DNA of 64,000 nucleotides, taken from Planctomycetota bacterium (GTDB lineage Bacteria > Planctomycetota > B15-G4). The stretch spans positions 1,792,001 through 1,856,000 of the forward strand of contig CBDFJQ010000002.1 in the NCBI GenBank assembly GCA_965248575.1, given 5' to 3'. Below, one piece after another: positions 12,617 to 21,554 of the stretch (position 1 is the stretch's first letter; each line of letters starts with the position of its first letter). The notes below the pieces were generated by a model. It worked only from the letters and a program-made list of their open reading frames with translations, made no database searches and was not told the origin of the DNA. The translations under genes were made by a program, and so were the position numbers.

Positions 12617-14014
12617 CTAGAGCACGGGAGCCGACCCACCAGAAGGCGGGGGCACCTCCGCAGGGTCCGGGAATCGGTGGGCATTGTCGAAGCGCATCAT
12701 GTTGGCGTGGAAGTTCAGCTCGACGGTGCCGGTCGGGCCGTTCCTGTTCTTGGCGATGATCACTTCCGCAGTGCCCTTGGATGCCACATCCTCGGGCTCA
12801 TAGTAGTCGTGGCGGTAGAGCAGCATGATGGCGTCAGCATCCTGCTCGATGGAACCCGATTCACGCAGATCACCCATCATGGGGCGCTTGTTGGTACGCG
12901 ATTCCACACCACGGTTGAGCTGACTCAGGGCGATCACGGGGATCTTCAGCTCACGGGCGAGCTGCTTCAGGGAGCCCGACAAGCGCGAGATCTCGAGCTG
13001 ACGACTCTCCACCTGGGTGCCCAGGGACAGTAGCTGCAGGTAGTCCACTGCCACCAGCTGGATATCCATGCGCGACTTGAGACGACGGGCCTTGGCGCGC
13101 AGGCGCGTCATGGTCATGCCGGGTGTGTCATCGATGTAGAGCGGCGCTTGGGCCAGGCGCCCTGCAGCCAGCGGCACCTTGGCGTACTCGTCATTGGACA
13201 GCTCGCCGCGCATGAGCCGGTGGGCATCCACTCGCGCGTTGGAGCAGAGCATGTTCTCCGCCACCTGCTCCTTGGTGACTTCCAAGGTGAAGAGGGCGGC
13301 CGGCAGCTGGTCGCGGATGCAGATGTTGTCGAGCAGGCTGGTGGTGAAGCTCGACTTCCCCATGGAGGGGCGGCCGGCGATGATGTAGAGCGCGCCGGGA
13401 GCCAGGCCGTTGATGACTTTGTCGAGGTCCGTGAAGTGGGTGTTGAGCCCGCCAGTCACCGTCCGGCCGTCCGCCTCCTGCAGCTGGTCCACCTTCAGCA
13501 TGGCGTGCTTGGCCAGGTCCATGAGCGTCGCGCCGGACTCTTCCCCGCGGCCTTGGGCGATGGAGAAGATTGCCTGCTCGGCCTTGTCCAACAAGCCGTC
13601 CACATCGGTCACGGAATCGGCATAGGAATCGCGCAGGATCTCTTGTGCCGCCTGGACGAGGCGCCGCTTCTCGGCAGCAGACCGCACCAGGGCCGCGTAG
13701 GACATGGCGTGCGCGGACGAGGGCACCGACTCCATCAAGCCCACCAGGGCATCCACCCCACCCACCGACTCGAGCTTGTCCGTGGTGCGCAGGGCGTTGG
13801 TGGCGATGACCAGATCGACCGGCTCGTTGCGATCGAAGAGGTCAGCCAACACACGGAAGATCTCCGCGTGCGCCGGCATGTAGAAATCCTCGGCGCCGAG
13901 CTGTAGCAGGATGTCACCGATCGTGGCACGGTCGAGCAGCATCGCGCCCAGGACGCACTGCTCCGCCTCGATGTTCTGGGGCGGAAGGTGATCGGGAATG
14001 GCGCCGGTTTCCAC
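12617..14014 (-). CDS. dnaB: Replicative DNA helicase
   Basis: PPQNIEAEQCVLG, IAGRPSMGKS, VDYLQL, LSQLNR, DLRESGSIEQDAD, AKNRNGPTG; GTG start at 14014 after GGAGGA. Confidence 0.97.
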   Translation of the reverse strand: METGAIPDHLPPQNIEAEQCVLGAMLLDRATIGDILLQLGAEDFYMPAHAEIFRVLADLFDRNEPVDLVIATNALRTTDKLESVGGVDALVGLMESVPSSAHAMSYAALVRSAAEKRRLVQAAQEILRDSYADSVTDVDGLLDKAEQAIFSIAQGRGEESGATLMDLAKHAMLKVDQLQEADGRTVTGGLNTHFTDLDKVINGLAPGALYIIAGRPSMGKSSFTTSLLDNICIRDQLPAALFTLEVTKEQVAENMLCSNARVDAHRLMRGELSNDEYAKVPLAAGRLAQAPLYIDDTPGMTMTRLRAKARRLKSRMDIQLVAVDYLQLLSLGTQVESRQLEISRLSGSLKQLARELKIPVIALSQLNRGVESRTNKRPMMGDLRESGSIEQDADAIMLLYRHDYYEPEDVASKGTAEVIIAKNRNGPTGTVELNFHANMMRFDNAHRFPDPAEVPPPSGGSAPVL

Positions 14015-14200
14015 TTCTGGTCCTCCCACCGACACCCCGGGAAGCTGAAGGGAGGCCGATTGACTGCGTTGAAAGGGAGGCGCTCCCCAACCCGAGGCGC
14101 GCGAGGCAGACATCCTATCAGCCGGGCGCGAAGGGACTCCAGTGACGCCGCGCAGTCCTGGCGAATCCCGTCCCAGGGTCGATGCCTGCACGGCCCGACC

Positions 14201-15931
14201 TCAATCCGGGCTCGTCAATTCCAACGAGAGCAGACGGTAGCTACCCATGCGCAGGCGCCCCGAGTACGAGGTCACCACATCCCGCTCCGCCTCGAGGAAG
14301 ATCTCGTGTGCGTGGCGTTGCCCAGCGGAGTCGGCGGGGTGCGGGATCTGGAAGCGCAGCAGCTGGGCGTCTCCCTGTTCCAGCGTCCAAGAACCCAGCG
14401 CTTGCCCGTCGCAGGACACCCGGCCCTCCAGGGGCAACAAGTCCGGGCGTTCAGCCAGGGGAGCCACGCGCAATTCGAGCTGGGCCCCCGGGCCGGAGCA
14501 GGCCAGCAAGGCGCGCAGATGCCGCGCAGCCTGGCGACCTGCCGCCAGGCCCCCATACAACTGCTGCATGCCCACTCCCTGTGCCGTGTCCAAGCGGGAT
14601 TGCAGGGCAGCCAGATCGGCGCTCCGATGGGCGGCACTTCGCTCGATCCAGGCGTCCGGCCCCAGTTCGCTGGCGCGAGCGTCCGCGTACAGCGCGGGCA
14701 CCGCCGGCAGTCTTTCCAGAGCGTCGTCGGCCCCGGCGACCCAGCCCCGCGCCAGGAGCTCCCGGGCAACCCAAGTGGCAAAGACAGCGTGCGTCTCCGC
14801 GCTGGGATGCGGATTGGTCGGCAAGGTGAAGCGCCGATCCGTCTTGGCCAGCAGGGGCAGGACCGGCAGCGGCTGGCCGCCGTCGCGGGCCAGGCGGCTC
14901 CACAAGTGCCAGCTGTAACGCGCCTCGCTGTACTGCAGGAGCATCAGCTGCGTGCCCTGGGACGTCAGCACCTGCTCCAGCTGGCGGATGCTCGCAGCGT
15001 TCTCGTCGTAGCGTCGCGCGGACTCCGCCGAGAGATCGGCCTCCAGCACTTCCGGCCCCAGGTCCTCCTCGCGTGCGTCCCCGGCTGCTCCACGACTCTG
15101 CAGGCGCCCCATCAGATCCAGCACCACGAAGTGGTTCTGGTCGGTGCTCACGGTCAGGAAGGGGTCGGGGGTCGCCACGTCCGGCAGCTCCCGGCGATGC
15201 CCGCTTTCCGCCACGCCGTAGCCATTCGCGAGGTCGTTGTCGATGGGCATGTAGAGCACGATGTCCGCCGGCAACTCGTCCTGGTGGTCGAGCAGGAAGT
15301 TCACCGCGTTGCGGTGGTTCCAACCCGGGATCGCCACGGTGCGGCAAACGACAGCGGGGCCGTCCGGGCCGAGTGCAGCAGCCAACTGTTGCTCGAGTTG
15401 ATGGGCCAGGGTCTGCTCGTCGCGGACTCCCCAACCGAAGGCGACGGAATCGCCCAGGACCAGAATTCGCAGCGTGTTCTGCGGCGTGATTTCGCCCGAG
15501 ACTTCCTGCGCGGGGAGCGACTCGGCGTTGGGCCGCACTCGGAGGCCCAAGCTGTCTGTGTGCACCGGCACCCCGAACACCTCAAGCGTGCTGTTGGGCT
15601 TCAGGTGGAAGCCTACGAGCGGGTCTTCGTGCACCCGCCACGGCCCGGGGGTCTGGGACGCCGCCAACCAACGGTCCCGCTCGGTGGCTGCCATCCACTC
15701 CCGGACGTCTGCCGGCCCGCCCCACAACTCAGCCAAGGAGCGACCGGCAAGCAACGACAGCAAGCCTTCGGCCAGGAACACGAACAGGAGCAGCGAGCCG
15801 AAGGCCAGGCCCAGCGTGGCAACCCGTGAACGAGAGCCTACGCGTGAACGAGAGCCGGCACCGGAGCGGGCTCCGGTGCCGGTCTCGGGCTGTGCTTGTC
15901 CGGCGGCCGACTCCCGGCCGCTCGAACTCAC
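14201..15931 (-). CDS. Membrane-anchored SGNH/GDSL hydrolase-family protein
   Basis: N-terminal TM helix, LVLGDSVAFG, IDNDL, NPHP; GTGA overlap with the rplI stop. Confidence 0.75.
   Translation of the reverse strand: MSSSGRESAAGQAQPETGTGARSGAGSRSRVGSRSRVATLGLAFGSLLLFVFLAEGLLSLLAGRSLAELWGGPADVREWMAATERDRWLAASQTPGPWRVHEDPLVGFHLKPNSTLEVFGVPVHTDSLGLRVRPNAESLPAQEVSGEITPQNTLRILVLGDSVAFGWGVRDEQTLAHQLEQQLAAALGPDGPAVVCRTVAIPGWNHRNAVNFLLDHQDELPADIVLYMPIDNDLANGYGVAESGHRRELPDVATPDPFLTVSTDQNHFVVLDLMGRLQSRGAAGDAREEDLGPEVLEADLSAESARRYDENAASIRQLEQVLTSQGTQLMLLQYSEARYSWHLWSRLARDGGQPLPVLPLLAKTDRRFTLPTNPHPSAETHAVFATWVARELLARGWVAGADDALERLPAVPALYADARASELGPDAWIERSAAHRSADLAALQSRLDTAQGVGMQQLYGGLAAGRQAARHLRALLACSGPGAQLELRVAPLAERPDLLPLEGRVSCDGQALGSWTLEQGDAQLLRFQIPHPADSAGQRHAHEIFLEAERDVVTSYSGRLRMGSYRLLSLELTSPD
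15849..15887. repeat. Strong inverted repeat just downstream of rplI
   Basis: CCGGCACCGGAGC (15855-15867) / GCTCCGGTGCCGG (15870-15882), extendable by CGAGA/TCTCG; no U-tract. Confidence 0.75.
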
Positions 15932-16527
15932 GCGTCGGCCGTGGCCGCAGCTTGACCGTCAGAGGAAGGCGCCTCGCCTCCACTCTCGGCAGCCGAGCCC
16001 GACTCCGCGTCGTCCGCGGCTTCGTCGTCCGCGTCCTCGGCATGCTCGTCGTAACCCATGGCCTCGATGCGCGTGCCCTCCATGTCGATGGGCACCACGT
16101 CGACCTTCACGATCACATTGATCTCGCCGTAGAGATGCAGCGGCACGTCGTGCACACCGGCATCCTTGAGGTGGGCCGTCAGGCGCACCGCGCGTTGCGG
16201 CACATCCCAACCAGCCGCCACGATGGCGAGATGGATGTCCTTCTCGGTGACCGAACCAAAGAGGTGACCCTCTTCGGTGGCGCGAGCCGTGACTTCGACT
16301 TCCAAGCCTTTGAGCTTTTCGGCCAGCACCTCCATGGAGGTGACGAGCGCGCGCTCTTCGGCTTCGGCCTTGGCCTGCAACTTGCCGAGCATGCGCAGGC
16401 TGTCCTCGGTGCGGACGGCAGCCAGGCGCTGGGGCAGGAGGTAGTTACGGGCATAGCCGTTCTTGACGTTCACCTGGTCGCCCGGCCGTCCAAGGCCGTC
16501 GACTGATTCCAGCAGGATGAGCTTCAT
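15928..16527 (-). CDS. rplI: 50S ribosomal protein L9 with acidic tail
   Basis: MKLILLESVDGLGRPGDQVNVKNGYARNYLLP, GHLFGSVT. Confidence 0.97.
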   Translation of the reverse strand: MKLILLESVDGLGRPGDQVNVKNGYARNYLLPQRLAAVRTEDSLRMLGKLQAKAEAEERALVTSMEVLAEKLKGLEVEVTARATEEGHLFGSVTEKDIHLAIVAAGWDVPQRAVRLTAHLKDAGVHDVPLHLYGEINVIVKVDVVPIDMEGTRIEAMGYDEHAEDADDEAADDAESGSAAESGGEAPSSDGQAAATADA

Positions 16528-16565
16528 GTCTGGGGCAGCTTTCTAAAGTGTCAGCAAGCTTTCGC

Positions 16566-17153
16566 TTAGCGACCGACGAACGGGAGGAGGGCCATGTTGC
16601 GGGCCCGGAACACAGCCGTGCGCAGTCGACGCTGGCTCTTGGCTTCAAGGTTGCTACGGACACGGGAGAACAACTTGCCCTGAGCCGAAACCATGCGGCG
16701 CAAAACGAAGGGGTTCTTGTAGTCGAGCAGGTCCCAGATCTTGCGGGTTTCCTCGCCATCCCGACCCAGCTCGGCCGAGGTGTCGCCTTCGAAGCGACGG
16801 CCTGAGCGGGAGGCGGGCTCGGAGAGGGGCTCGGGCAGCCCGTCTTCGTCGGGCAGCGCGTCGATGGCAATCGACATGAAACGCAGGCAGCGCTCGGACA
16901 GCTTCACCTCGCGGTTCAGCTCGTCGATCGTGGCCGACTCACCTGAGAAGTAGCAGATGATGTAGGTGCCGGTCTGGTTGCCCTGGATCGGGTAAGCCAG
17001 CTTGCGGTTCGCCCACAGCATGGAGTGGGCGATGGTGCCGCCGACTTTCTCGATGAGCTTACGGACGACTTCTTCGGGGGTGTCCGGCTCCCCTTCGTCC
17101 TCCCCGCGGTTGTCGCGGTTGTGGAGGATGAACATTCCTTCGTAGTGCTTCAC
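16566..17153 (-). CDS. rpsF-rpsR: Fused 30S ribosomal proteins S6-S18 (single 195-aa ORF)
   Basis: N-half YEGMFIL..W.NRKLAYPI..GTY...F..LRFM (S6); C-end LDYKN..L......GKLFSR......K.QR.L..AV.RAR.MALLPF (S18); no stop between them; GTG start at 17153 after GAGAGG. Confidence 0.93.
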   Translation of the reverse strand: MKHYEGMFILHNRDNRGEDEGEPDTPEEVVRKLIEKVGGTIAHSMLWANRKLAYPIQGNQTGTYIICYFSGESATIDELNREVKLSERCLRFMSIAIDALPDEDGLPEPLSEPASRSGRRFEGDTSAELGRDGEETRKIWDLLDYKNPFVLRRMVSAQGKLFSRVRSNLEAKSQRRLRTAVFRARNMALLPFVGR

Positions 17154-17345
17154 GGATTGACCTCTCGGATCTGGATCCACTGGACGGTTGAACAGCCCGA
17201 CGCCCGAACAGGCCGCCGAACAAACAGTAGTGAAACCGGACCAGCCGCTATGCCCTCGCGGGAGCGTGCTTCTGGCCTGGGATGCAGAACCGCACACCGT
17301 AGCGAGTGCTCCTGCCTGCGGCAAGGGCCCGGAAGCTCTCCTGGA

Positions 17346-17933
17346 TCAGGCCGGCGGGACGTTGGCCTTGTTCATCAGGGCTTCCAGGTCGCCATCCCCC
17401 AGCCAGTCCTCCAGGTGGTTCGTCGCCCGCTGCAGCATCTCGTCGACCAGCGGACGCTCGGCGCGCTTGAAGGGCTTCAGGACGAACACCTCGGTGGGCA
17501 TCCGGCTGGGTTCGCCGATCCCCAGACGCAGGCGCGGCACCGGATGGTCAGGCAGCATCTCGATCACCGACGCCAGGCCGTTCTGGCCGCCTGAGGAGCC
17601 CTTGAGGCGACAGCGCATCTTGCCCAGCGGCAGGTGGAAATCATCGCAGAGCACAAGCAGCTGAAGAGGCCCAGCCGCTTCGGCAGCTGGATCAGCGGCC
17701 AGCTCCTGGACCAGATCCCGGGCCGCGCGGCCGGAGCGGTTCATGAAGGTGGTGGGTTTCGCCAGCACGAAGGGCCGCCCTCCCACCTCGCCGCGCGCCA
17801 CCAACGAGCGCCCGCGCTGGATAAAGGGACGCCCCAGGCGCGTCGCCAGCAGGTCGAGCAGCTCGAAGCCGACGTTGTGCCGGGTGCCCTCGTACTCTGC
17901 GCCGGGGTTGCCCAGACCAAGGATCAGCTGCAC
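17346..17933 (-). CDS. pth: Peptidyl-tRNA hydrolase
   Basis: LGLGNPGAEYEGTRHNVGF, KPTTFMNRSG, GGQNGL, RLRLGIG. Confidence 0.96.
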   Translation of the reverse strand: MQLILGLGNPGAEYEGTRHNVGFELLDLLATRLGRPFIQRGRSLVARGEVGGRPFVLAKPTTFMNRSGRAARDLVQELAADPAAEAAGPLQLLVLCDDFHLPLGKMRCRLKGSSGGQNGLASVIEMLPDHPVPRLRLGIGEPSRMPTEVFVLKPFKRAERPLVDEMLQRATNHLEDWLGDGDLEALMNKANVPPA

Positions 17934-17977
17934 AGCGTGCTCCAGAAAAGCGACCCGGGCAGTGGGACGCGTGCACA

Positions 17978-18016
17978 GCGAGGGTGGCCCCGAGCACTAC
18001 CGGAGACCACCCCCGC
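17978..18016 (-). repeat. GC-rich hairpin between rplY and pth
   Basis: Minus strand GCGGGGGUGGUCUC...GGGGCCACCCUCGC forms about 14 bp (with G-U pairs); no U-tract. Confidence 0.6.
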
Positions 18017-18038
18017 CCAGGAAATTCGCGAAACCCGA

Positions 18039-18689
18039 CTAGCTGTCGCCGTCGGCCTTTTCGCCCTCTTCCTTCTTCTCGCCTTCCTCGCCCTCGGCTG
18101 CCTCCTCGGACTCTTCGTCCTCGGCAACGTTGGTACGCGGCGGAACCACGGCCACCACCTGCTCACCCGCAGCAATCTGGCCCTCGTCCAGGGTGACGCC
18201 CTCAGGCAACTGGATCTCGCCAGCATGCAGGGACTCGCTCATGTCCAGCCCGGAGACCTCCACCACGATCGTGTCGGGGATGGAGTCTGCCCGGCAGTTC
18301 ACGGCCAGCGCGGGGTGGTGAATGATCTGCGTGCCGCCAGCGGCAACGCCGATGGGATCGCCGCGGAACTCCAGCGCCACTTCCACCGAGACCTGCTCGG
18401 ACAGGTCGATGCGCGCGAAGTCCACGTGCAGCACGTACTGACCGAAGGTGTCGTACTGGACTTCCTTCACCAGGCAGGACTCGTTCTTGCCGTCGATCTC
18501 CAGGTTGAACACCTGGTCCGTCGTGGCGAAGGCGAGGCCCAACGCGTGGGCATCGACGGTGCGCTCGAGGTTGCCTTGGCCGTGGCCGTAGATGATCACC
18601 GGGATGTTGCCGGCGGCGCGCTCCTGGCGAGCGACGCGGGAACCGGACCCACTGCGGGCCTGGGTCGTAAGGACTGTGGGAGTGCTCAT
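18039..18689 (-). CDS. rplY: 50S ribosomal protein L25/Ctc (long form)
   Basis: R..G.IPVIIYGHG, VKEVQYD..G..VLHVDF, G.PIGV..GG; prs-rplY-pth synteny. Confidence 0.95.
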   Translation of the reverse strand: MSTPTVLTTQARSGSGSRVARQERAAGNIPVIIYGHGQGNLERTVDAHALGLAFATTDQVFNLEIDGKNESCLVKEVQYDTFGQYVLHVDFARIDLSEQVSVEVALEFRGDPIGVAAGGTQIIHHPALAVNCRADSIPDTIVVEVSGLDMSESLHAGEIQLPEGVTLDEGQIAAGEQVVAVVPPRTNVAEDEESEEAAEGEEGEKKEEGEKADGDS

Positions 18690-18762
18690 GATTCTCTCGG
18701 AACTGAGGTGACGTCCGCTGCGAGAAGCCGCGACACGCCAAGGTTTGGGATGCGGTTGAGTG

Positions 18763-19713
18763 CTACTCGACGAACAGGGAACTCACCGAGCGACACACGT
18801 GAATGCGATGGATGGCCTCGGCCAAGAGGCTGGCCACGGAGAGGACCTCGATGACGTCTGGGTAATCGGAGTGGGGGCAGACGGTGTCTGTCACGAAGAC
18901 CTTCTCGACACCGGCGTTGGCCAGGCGTTCCAGGGCGGAGCCGGCGAAGACACCATGCGTCGCTGCCAGGTACACCTTGTTGGCGCCGTGGGCCTTCACC
19001 ATTCGGGCGGCGTTGGTGATGGTGCCCGCCGTGGCGATCATGTCGTCGACCAGGATCGCATCGTGGCCGTCCACCTCGCCGATGAGGTGCTCGGACGTCG
19101 TCTGCTCGGGGCCCATGCGGCGCTTGTCGACGATGGCGAAGCGGCAACCCAGCATGCTGCTGAAGGCGCGCGCCATCTTGATGCCGCCTGCGTCCGGCGC
19201 GACGATCGTGATCTTCTCGGGGTTGAAGGACTTCTTGAACAGGTCGCGGAAGACGGGCTTCGCGTAGAGGTGGTCCACCGGCACGTTGAAGAAACCCTGG
19301 ATCTGGGGCGCGTGCAAGTCCATGGCGATCACGCGGTCCACGCCGGACACCGTGAGCAGATCCGCCACCAGCTTGGCCGTGATGGGCACGCGACCTTCGT
19401 CCTTGCGGTCCTTGCGGGCGTAGCCGAAGTAGGGCATGACGGCCGTGATGCGACCGACCGACGAGCGCTTGCAGCAGTCGACGAGCGCCAACAGCTCCAC
19501 CAGGTTGTCGTTCACCGGCGGGCAGGTGGGTTGGATGATGAACACGTCCTTGCCGCGCACATCCTCGCCCAGCTTGACGTCCACCTCTCCGTCAGGAAAG
19601 CGACCCACATGCGCCTTGCAGAGCGGCTGCTCAAGGATGTCTGAAATGCGCTCGGCCAGCTTGGTGTGGGCGGAGCCCGCCAAGAGAGCCAATCCGTTGT
19701 AGAGCGTCATCAT
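18763..19713 (-). CDS. prs: Ribose-phosphate pyrophosphokinase
   Basis: FPDGE, PYFGYARKDRK, DLHAPQIQGFF, APDAGG, VDDMIATAGT, ATHGVF. Confidence 0.97.
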   Translation of the reverse strand: MMTLYNGLALLAGSAHTKLAERISDILEQPLCKAHVGRFPDGEVDVKLGEDVRGKDVFIIQPTCPPVNDNLVELLALVDCCKRSSVGRITAVMPYFGYARKDRKDEGRVPITAKLVADLLTVSGVDRVIAMDLHAPQIQGFFNVPVDHLYAKPVFRDLFKKSFNPEKITIVAPDAGGIKMARAFSSMLGCRFAIVDKRRMGPEQTTSEHLIGEVDGHDAILVDDMIATAGTITNAARMVKAHGANKVYLAATHGVFAGSALERLANAGVEKVFVTDTVCPHSDYPDVIEVLSVASLLAEAIHRIHVCRSVSSLFVE

Positions 19714-21020
19714 GAGGGAGGCTCCTGTTCCTGTCGGTCCGAAGAGGGCGCAGAGCGGTGGAGCTTAGCGGGCAAACCGACCCAGACTTCGCCTGCCCCG
19801 ATCTTCTTGTTGGCGGGAACGATGGCACCCGCACCGGTGAGAGCATCGTCACCCACGTCGGCTGGCGCCACCAGAACCGTGCCACTTCCGATGAACACCC
19901 GCTCACCGATCCGCGTCTGGTGCTTGTGGGTCCCGTCGTAGTTCGCGGTGATGGTACCCGCCCCGATGTTGGTGTTGGCCCCGACCTCGGCATTCCCGAG
20001 GTAGGTGAGGTGGCCCGCCTTGACGCCGGGCCCGAGGGTCGACTGCTTGGTCTCGGTGAAATTGCCCACCTTGGAGCCCGCCTGGAGCACGGAACCGTCC
20101 CGCAGGTGGGCAAAGGGGCCGACATCGCAGCCCTGGGCGATGGAGACCCGGCCTTCGATCATGGTGCAGGGCAAGATGCGCGCACCGGCCTCGATCTGCA
20201 CATCCGCATCGATGAAGGTGGTCTCGGGGTCCACGATCTCGACCCCCGCCTTCATGTGGCCCGCCAGGATCCGATGCTGCAGGATGGTCCGGACTTCTGC
20301 CAATTGGGACTGGTCGTTGAAGCCCAGAACGTCTTCGGGCCAACCCCAGCACAGCGCAGTCACCGACTCTCCGGCGGCCACGGCCATGGACACGAGGTCC
20401 GTCAGGTAGACCTCTCTGGCCTTGTTGTCGCTGCCGATCCGAGCCAGAGCCTTCCAGACGTCGGGCAACTCGAGCACCCAGATCCCCGCGTTCACCTCGC
20501 AGACGGCCTGTTGATCGGGGTCGGCATCCTTCTCTTCGACGATGGCGGTCACGCGCCCGAGCTCATCACGCAGCACCCGGCCGTAGCCGGTGGGGTCGTC
20601 CAGCTCCATGGAGAGGAAGCTCACAGGGCCAGGATGCGCCCGGTGGGCGGCCACCAGCTGTTCCAGGAGCTCGGCTGTCACCAACGGGCAGTCCCCATTA
20701 ATGACCAGAAGCTCCCCGGACGAAGGGGCGCCACCCTCTGGCTCAAACGCTGGCTGGGCAGCGCTGACGGCGTGCCCGGTGCCAAGCGGCTGCTCTTGGA
20801 GGGCGAACTCGACGCTGCGGCCCTCAAGGCCCGTCTTGAGGGCGGCGAGGTGCTGCCCACCCACCACAACGACCTTCTCAGGCCCCAGGCACAAGGCCGC
20901 ATCCACCGGCCAGGCCACCGCAGGACGGCCCCAGAGCGGCATCAAAACCTTGGTTTGGCGCCCTTTGAGGCGTGTGCCTTCCCCGGCGGCAAGAACGACC
21001 ACGTGGAGGGATGGAGCCAT
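19710..21020 (-). CDS. glmU: Bifunctional GlmU (UDP-GlcNAc pyrophosphorylase / acetyltransferase)
   Basis: LAAGEGTRLK, Q.QPLGTGHA, PTGYGR, E.YLTD, GPFAHLR, NIGAGTITANYDG. Confidence 0.95.
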   Translation of the reverse strand: MAPSLHVVVLAAGEGTRLKGRQTKVLMPLWGRPAVAWPVDAALCLGPEKVVVVGGQHLAALKTGLEGRSVEFALQEQPLGTGHAVSAAQPAFEPEGGAPSSGELLVINGDCPLVTAELLEQLVAAHRAHPGPVSFLSMELDDPTGYGRVLRDELGRVTAIVEEKDADPDQQAVCEVNAGIWVLELPDVWKALARIGSDNKAREVYLTDLVSMAVAAGESVTALCWGWPEDVLGFNDQSQLAEVRTILQHRILAGHMKAGVEIVDPETTFIDADVQIEAGARILPCTMIEGRVSIAQGCDVGPFAHLRDGSVLQAGSKVGNFTETKQSTLGPGVKAGHLTYLGNAEVGANTNIGAGTITANYDGTHKHQTRIGERVFIGSGTVLVAPADVGDDALTGAGAIVPANKKIGAGEVWVGLPAKLHRSAPSSDRQEQEPPS

Positions 21021-21058
21021 GTCGGCTGGCCAGGGGTTTTCAAGAAATTTGGCGGGGA

Positions 21059-21087
21059 ATCGTGTCAGGATTCGCCCCGCCGGTCAA
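21059..21087 (-). promoter_or_regulatory. Putative sigma70 promoter of the glmU-prs-rplY run
   Basis: Minus strand TTGACC-17 nt-CACGAT with an extended TG, ~40 nt upstream of the glmU ATG. Confidence 0.55.
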
Positions 21088-21183
21088 GGCCGGCCAGCTT
21101 GGCCTCCTCAGAGAGGGTTCTGAGCAGGATTCCGAGAGTTCGGAAAAGATTCGGATCAACTTCAAACACATCGACCAGCGCCG

Positions 21184-21212
21184 TTGACAGTATTCCGGAC
21201 TGGCAGTAATCT
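21184..21212 (+). promoter_or_regulatory. Near-consensus sigma70 promoter for the orphan secreted protein
   Basis: TTGACA (21184-21189)-17 nt-TAATCT (21207-21212). Confidence 0.75.
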
Positions 21213-21218
21213 TCCCCC

Positions 21219-21554
21219 CGTCGGTGGTTCCCCGAAGCCAACGGTCCCCCGACTCCCTGTTTGAAGCTTGATCGCCACAGAAGCGACACCACGACGAAGC
21301 CATCCGGATCATCCTTGCTCGATACCAGTTTCCAAACAGGACTCGGCATCCGATCTGCACATGTGGCTTCACCTGTTCCTTCTTTCGGTCAGGTGACCGC
21401 ACTGAGTACCCCCTGCCTTAGCGCGCATGACGAGTTCATCGCACTTCGGTCAGGAACGTTCCTGAACATCTGAAGTACGCGTTGTCCTCTGCACCACCCC
21501 TGTTGTTGTTCCATCTGTGATTGTTTGTTCTCCCCTCCCACGAGGTATCTCGTA
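21219..21554 (+). ncRNA. Candidate long structured 5' leader or cis-regulatory RNA
   Basis: No credible ORF; several stems (21249-21263/21333-21346; 21369-21375/21390-21396; 21443-21476 enclosing a 16-bp palindrome); lies between the promoter and the GAGGT-preceded ATG. Confidence 0.45.

Noticed and set aside
17154..17345. S6:S18-binding leader RNA upstream of the fused gene
   Set aside because: Only a short GGATC/GATCC stem is visible beside the SD; I cannot match the known motif by eye and it needs cmscan
21021..21554. Possible tRNA or known riboswitch upstream of glmU-prs
   Set aside because: No cloverleaf with a T-loop/CCA arrangement and no aptamer consensus recognised; retained only as an unclassified structured leader
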